From Cirrosporium novae-zelandiae (lineage: Eukaryota), in NCBI GenBank assembly GCA_026023565.1, contig JAPETS010000065.1:1-64000 (forward strand): a DNA stretch of 64,000 nt, written 5' to 3'. Shown here piece by piece: positions 60,125 through 64,000 of this stretch. A program made the translations under genes and the position numbers. Numbering within the stretch: position 1 is the stretch's first letter; each line of letters begins with the position of its first letter. The notes beneath the pieces were generated by a model. That model did no database searches, was not told where the DNA came from, and worked only from the letters and a program-made list of their open reading frames with translations.

Positions 60125-63100
60125 GTGCCAATAATATTTCGGGACGACAGGAATCAATTCCAGTCACTCCAACAACTCCACCTCGCCGTAACCTCTCCGG
60201 ATCACAGCGTTTTTAAAGGCGCGACGTTGAATGGGACTTATCCTGCAAAGGGATGTCGCGAAGGGGCGAAATAATAGGATTTGAATTGTGCGCGACCAAC
60301 TCAAGGGCGAAGATGGAATTTTCTTTGGACGGTATTAAATGAAGAGGAGATAATTTCTAGAGTTTTTTTTTTAGAAGATTTTCGTCCGTTGGTTGAGATT
60401 CTGGATATGGTCGAGGACATGATGACTCTGAGCCATTGTTGGCCTTTGTGCGGGCTCTGGATGGTTTGCGACCATGACCTCAGATGGGAGGTCATGACCC
60501 GTCGTCCAATCAAAAGGGACAAATGACCCTTGTGGGCTAATCGATGGTATCATGGTTCTCATACAAACAATTGCGCTTCTCAAGCATTATTCTCATATTT
60601 TGTTTTCTTCTTTCTCTAGAATTGAATAGATATAAAAATTCAAGTTATCTCGACCTAGGTACCAGGAATTGTAGAATCATAGCTAAGACACTGGTAACTT
60701 GAACAGCTTACCCAGATCGTACAATGAGCGGTGAGAACGCTCCTCCATCCCCCCCCTAAAACGACATTTCAAACAAAAACAAAACACCATTAACCACTTA
60801 TGCAGCTACTTTCATCATGTTGAGAGTTTAAGCACTCGTATCTGTGCCCGATTTTGGTGAATGTTAATAACTAGCCAAGATTTGATAATCGCACCCAAAA
60901 TATCCCAATCCCCATTATTGCACCATGTTGCTCCCAGACAACTTCTTTTGGACCCGACAGAGGAACTGGATTAATTACTTTTGGTTATTGGGTGCCTTGT
61001 ATTCTTAAACACATGCGAAAGGTCCTTTTCAGAACCGCACAGACTGTCTATTGTATCTCGACGTGGCAACCATCGTCTGTAGTGAGCACAACTTTGGATC
61101 TAATTCCAAGACGAGAATCATATTTGCTTTGTCTTTTTTTTCCCTTCGTTGGATGTTTCTAGATTTCCTAGGTGATTTTATTCTCTGGTTGTCCTGGTAC
61201 TATGATTTCTTTCGTGGTATACCCCAACAGATTCTAGCTGTCTCCTACTGCAAGTTGTTTCCTATTCGAGAATGTTGAGGCTGGATTCTAATGCTAGCAG
61301 TAGTTTGGCCTCCCCTTTCGCTTTGTGGGTGTCTTGCAGCTAGATACTTCTGGTGTCAATAAATGCAATTGGCACCCACAGCAGTCCTCCCAAAGTTAGC
61401 TTTTCTTTTCCGAACTCATCTTTGGTTCATGGTGCGGCAAGCTGACCGTTTCTCTGGGAATTTATATTTCAAATATCTATTGACTATCTACTCTCCTCAA
61501 TTCGATATTTGGCTAGTTTTAGAATCCATGGGATTATCACATTACTAGCTTGTACTATACTTGGAGTACATAACCGGTTGGAGCCACAAGATATCGTGCA
61601 TTATCGTTCCGTACCAATTATTTATGACTTGACAGCTATCATTACGCCGACGTGGCGTGAATCCATGCATAATCGATCTAACCCCAGACTAACACGGACC
61701 TCCTTATCTACTATACATGCACTTGCAGCTAGCCCAGCATCTGCAGCTTCATTGTAGCTCCTGCCTAGGCCAGGCATTTGCAATTGACTAAACAAATATA
61801 TGCACGGGGACATAGAAAAAAAAATTGTTGGCGCTTCAGACATAAGGCACATCTCATGTAACACTGTAACTTAGTGGACGGAGACACGATAGGGTAGAGT
61901 AGATCGTGGCATATCGGGACCTTAATTAGCTTGGCTGTTTAGGTACACGACATAGTCTATACCCCGAGTGTCGAACTACAGTATTATCCTCAATACAGGT
62001 AGCATCTTAGAAAATTTCCATTGGTGAATGATAACATTTGCCCTCTACTGTATGCTGCCAAAGTAATGTTAAATTATGGCCTGAGATGTGCTTCGGGAGG
62101 CACTCGAGGATCACGAGGTTGAAGAAAATCTTTTTGGTACAAATTGTTATCAGCAAATGTAGCAAAATCTATCTGGTGGCAATAGAGTTCAGACGAATTA
62201 TATTCTGTAAAAACTTCCACCGTAGATTTCTTATCTTTCTTGATAGCCCTGACATCAGCGAGTTCGGTAGCCAGGAATTGGATGCCTGAGGAATACATGA
62301 GGAATATCATGCCAAAGCCAATAGGACTTTTGTCATGGCGAATGATGTGGTGAACTTGTGATTATCGTCTGAGACTAACAGTGGAGTGGAGTGGGTTTGC
62401 TGATATTTTATCAGACCAGCAGAAAACTGTCAGACGATAGCTAATATGGATTTTTCAGGCTGTTCAGGTTCAGGTTGTCTCAACCGTCAACGGCTTGTCC
62501 AGGACGAGCTGACTCAACTGGAGTAGGCAAAAAAGTTCAAGAGGCTTGATGACATTGGGGAAGTACCCTATCATGTATAATGATGATATCTGTCCAAAAA
62601 TTGATTTCTGCTGGCATCAAAAGTTGGAAGAAATGGGGTAAATGCATGATGCGGATGTATGATGCATATACCCTACCCTGTCGATGACCCGAGATGATGG
62701 ATGCCTGAGGAGGGGTGGGTGGGTGCCTGGGTCTCAGTTGCCTGCTCGCGATGGACTGCTGGTGATGGGACTGGAGAATGCCATGAATGCCTGGCGAAGT
62801 GAGAGACGCTGAGATTTGGAGTAGCCATGGAGAATAATTACTTATCAAATCCTGGAGTTGTCCCTAGTGACGGGCTAGACTCATGACTGGTTCCTCGGGA
62901 TACAGGCGTAGTAACTCCTACTCAAGTCTTGGAACGGATTGCTCATTCGAGAGAAGCGCAGGCGTTAAAATTGATTGTAGTTTGGCAGTCGTAAGCCTAG
63001 TGCTGCTTCTGAATGACTCTGAATGGCTCTAAGAATCATGCTTCTCTTCCTCGGATGATCCGGTGCTGTGTATGGAATGGCCTCGGGTACATTTCGAGGA

Positions 63101-64000
63101 GTGTGGGTGGTAAATTACTAAGTAGAAAGTACCTAAGTAGCTACCTTAAGACAGGTGTGTGGCATCCTTTTGTTAGCCGCCTTTTTGGTTCATTTTGATT
63201 TGGCTTTTCTTTCCTTTCCCTCTGGGTGTGTTCTAGGGCCAGTCATGGAAGTTTGCTTGTTTGCAAGGGGGGGTGGATATATTAAGCGAGAGAGGTAATA
63301 TATCATCGATATGGTGTAGATATCGTCATGGGGTGTCATCTTAATTAACCGAAACTAACCTAGAATTGTTCTTCCAATTTGCTTTGTCCATCAGGGTGCA
63401 ATTCCAGGAGTTCCGATACACACAATCAATCAATCAATATCTTAGACATACTCCTACCCCCCCCCCCCCCTGTCATCGCTGTGTCTGGTTAAGAGCCTTA
63501 TCCCACGGCATCACGGTAAGTATTTTGAATCATAGGTTCTCCATCGTCCCATGGCCCCATACACTGACTCTATAGGCCCCATAACCGAAAATACCCCCCC
63601 CCCAGGCAGGCCCCCATGAGTCCATTCAAAGAGACTGCCAGGACCCATCCTTGCTGACTTTCCAATGACTCCCATCTCTTCCTCTCGCCAGCCTTTGGAG
63701 GGTCCGTGAGCAACTGTCCCTTCCTATCAAGCTTCATTTCATGCACAGCTCTTCATTTGTTCTTGCTTCTTCGTCCTTCGAAAAAAAAAATAACCAAGAC
63801 ACTTACTATTCTTCATAGAACTCTCCTCGCCCTTCCTTCGACGTCCTTACCCCCCCCCCCCATATATCACCAAATATCTTATTCTTAGTTTTGTTTGTTG
63901 GATCTACCTTACCAGCTGTAGATCTCTTTGGGTTCTTTAGAAGTCACATGTATGCGTCACCGGGAAGCTTGAGTCTTCGTTTGTCTTAGCTGCATCACGG

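Overview
Eukaryotic (filamentous ascomycete, Pezizomycotina-type) genomic DNA. It has short GT-AG introns with CTRAY-like branch points and microsatellite/homopolymer-rich intergenic spacers. About 19 protein-coding genes can be reconstructed by hand. The left end (72-5704) carries a compact three-gene set: a cyclic amidohydrolase (hydantoinase/dihydropyrimidinase), a bacterial-type N-carbamoyl-D-amino-acid amidohydrolase divergent from it, and a hydantoin racemase (Dcg1 family). This is the full enzyme set of the bacterial hyu 'hydantoinase process' operon, here arranged as a fungal gene cluster, and is the best candidate for an undescribed system. A hydroxyacid-oxoacid transhydrogenase and a DmpA/S58 peptidase follow as a divergent pair. 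The rest is mostly housekeeping or metabolic: Scp160/vigilin, Cdk1, AlkB-family dioxygenase, amidase, Dug2, GH5 exoglucanase, GH3 glycosidase, CCDC130/Saf4 and a Btb1/IBTK-like protein. There are also several hypothetical genes, one 58-aa single-TM microprotein missed by the ORF track, minisatellites and probable degenerate (RIP-like) remnants. No rRNA, intact tRNA, CRISPR array or intact transposon is supported. All family assignments come from motif recognition, not database searches.
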